From Azolla caroliniana (lineage: Eukaryota > Plantae > Polypodiophyta), in contig JBHGNT010000001.1 of assembly GCA_043228905.1 (NCBI GenBank), forward strand, positions 19,468,001 to 19,532,000: a DNA stretch of 64,000 nucleotides, read 5' to 3'. Below the pieces are notes generated by a model that was not told where the DNA came from, did no database searches, and was given only the letters and a program-made list of their open reading frames with translations. How positions within the stretch are numbered: the first letter of the stretch is position 1; each line of letters begins with the position of its first letter. Both the position numbers and the translations under genes were made by a program. Positions 63,074 to 64,000 of this stretch are shown piece by piece.

Positions 63074-64000
63074 TGCAAAAACGAAGGTGCGGAAGCGTCA
63101 GACAAACCGACTCCGCCAGGTAGCAATAGACAGAGATAGAGAGAAACACAGAGTGTACGCGGAAGAGACAAAGAATGAGCAGAACAAAATAATCTATTCC
63201 AAAACAATAATAGTTCTCCCTCTCTTTACAACATGCTTCAACAACACTATTTATACAAGTCCTAAGAGGACTGACAGAAGTACGGTGTACTTCAATGCTC
63301 ACACGAGCGTCTGACACTAACTACAAGTCATTAACTACCTAGTAGTCTAGGCTGCTACAAGGCTTCTGGTTACTGCTAGATCCGGCTAACCGGCTCCCCA
63401 ACTCACCGGCTTACTTGCTCACCAACTCACCGATCCGGCTCATCCTTCCGGATACCGATCCGGATCCGGTTGAGCTTGCCGCTCAACACTCCCCCTCAAG
63501 CTCAACTTGAGGTCGGATCGTAGTGTCAGTTTCCATGGCAGTCGGTCCTTCCACCCGGCTCCTTCTGGCGTCACTCCACCTCGCTCGCGCTCCTCGTCCG
63601 GTCCGGTTCTGTTTGCCACGACCCTTCTGATTCTACGCACATCGACCTCCTCGGTCGGCTTGTCTGCTCAACAGGCCCAATTCAGCTCCCTCGCAGCTGT
63701 GACTTCGGTGCTTGTCGACCCGCCGGTTCCTTCGTGTTGGCGTCGACTTCCGCTGCCTTCTCGTCCGCTTGATCTTCAGTTGATCCGGTTCTTCTGAATC
63801 CGTCTGTTGAACCGAATCGGCTGTCTCCGATTCGTTCCAGCTCTTGTCCGAATTGGTCGCTCTTGATTCATCTTCCGGTTTCAAGCCCTTCACCACATTG
63901 GACCATGTCCGGGTCTTGGCCTTCTTCTTCCGGTTGGCTCTATCCTTCTTGACTCTGCCACCACTGCCGCTTGTTCTGACTTGTTCGAATGTGTCAATTT
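63074..64000 (-). mobile_element. Copia element J (A/F family), 3' LTR 63074-63488 and pol extension, inserted in the RT of I; runs off the window
   Basis: PPT GAGGGGGAG then TGTTGAGCGGCAAGCTCAAC on the minus strand; extension homologous to 38440-38887. Confidence 0.85.

Overview
Eukaryotic, land-plant DNA; the TE families and MSH2 gene structure suggest a seed-free plant (fern or bryophyte), which is inference only. Bases 1-43.5 kb and 59.9-64 kb are a dense nest of decayed transposons. They include several Ty1/copia and Ty3/gypsy LTR retrotransposons (many with LTRs, PBS/PPT and 5-bp TSDs readable by eye), solo LTRs, a probable Helitron end, and four pieces of a TIR DNA transposon family with a 4-bp TSD and a DUF7869-like transposase. 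The only intact host gene is a 13-exon MSH2 on the minus strand (59082 to 44979, 948 aa), with a 7.9-kb TE-filled intron 11. The most striking observation is a gypsy element (29012-38014) with a tRNA-Arg PBS after its 5' LTR but no polypurine tract before its 3' LTR. In that position it carries a copy of the tRNA-Arg 3' end (an inverted PBS), which suggests tRNA priming of both DNA strands. Other highlights are a 13.9-kb TIR element inserted into a relative's transposase ORF and carrying an array of about 15 43-bp palindromes, an LTR-plus-flank duplication that looks like one-sided SDSA repair, a conserved hairpin enclosing the PPT in one copia family, and several templated-insertion or tandem-duplication repair scars.
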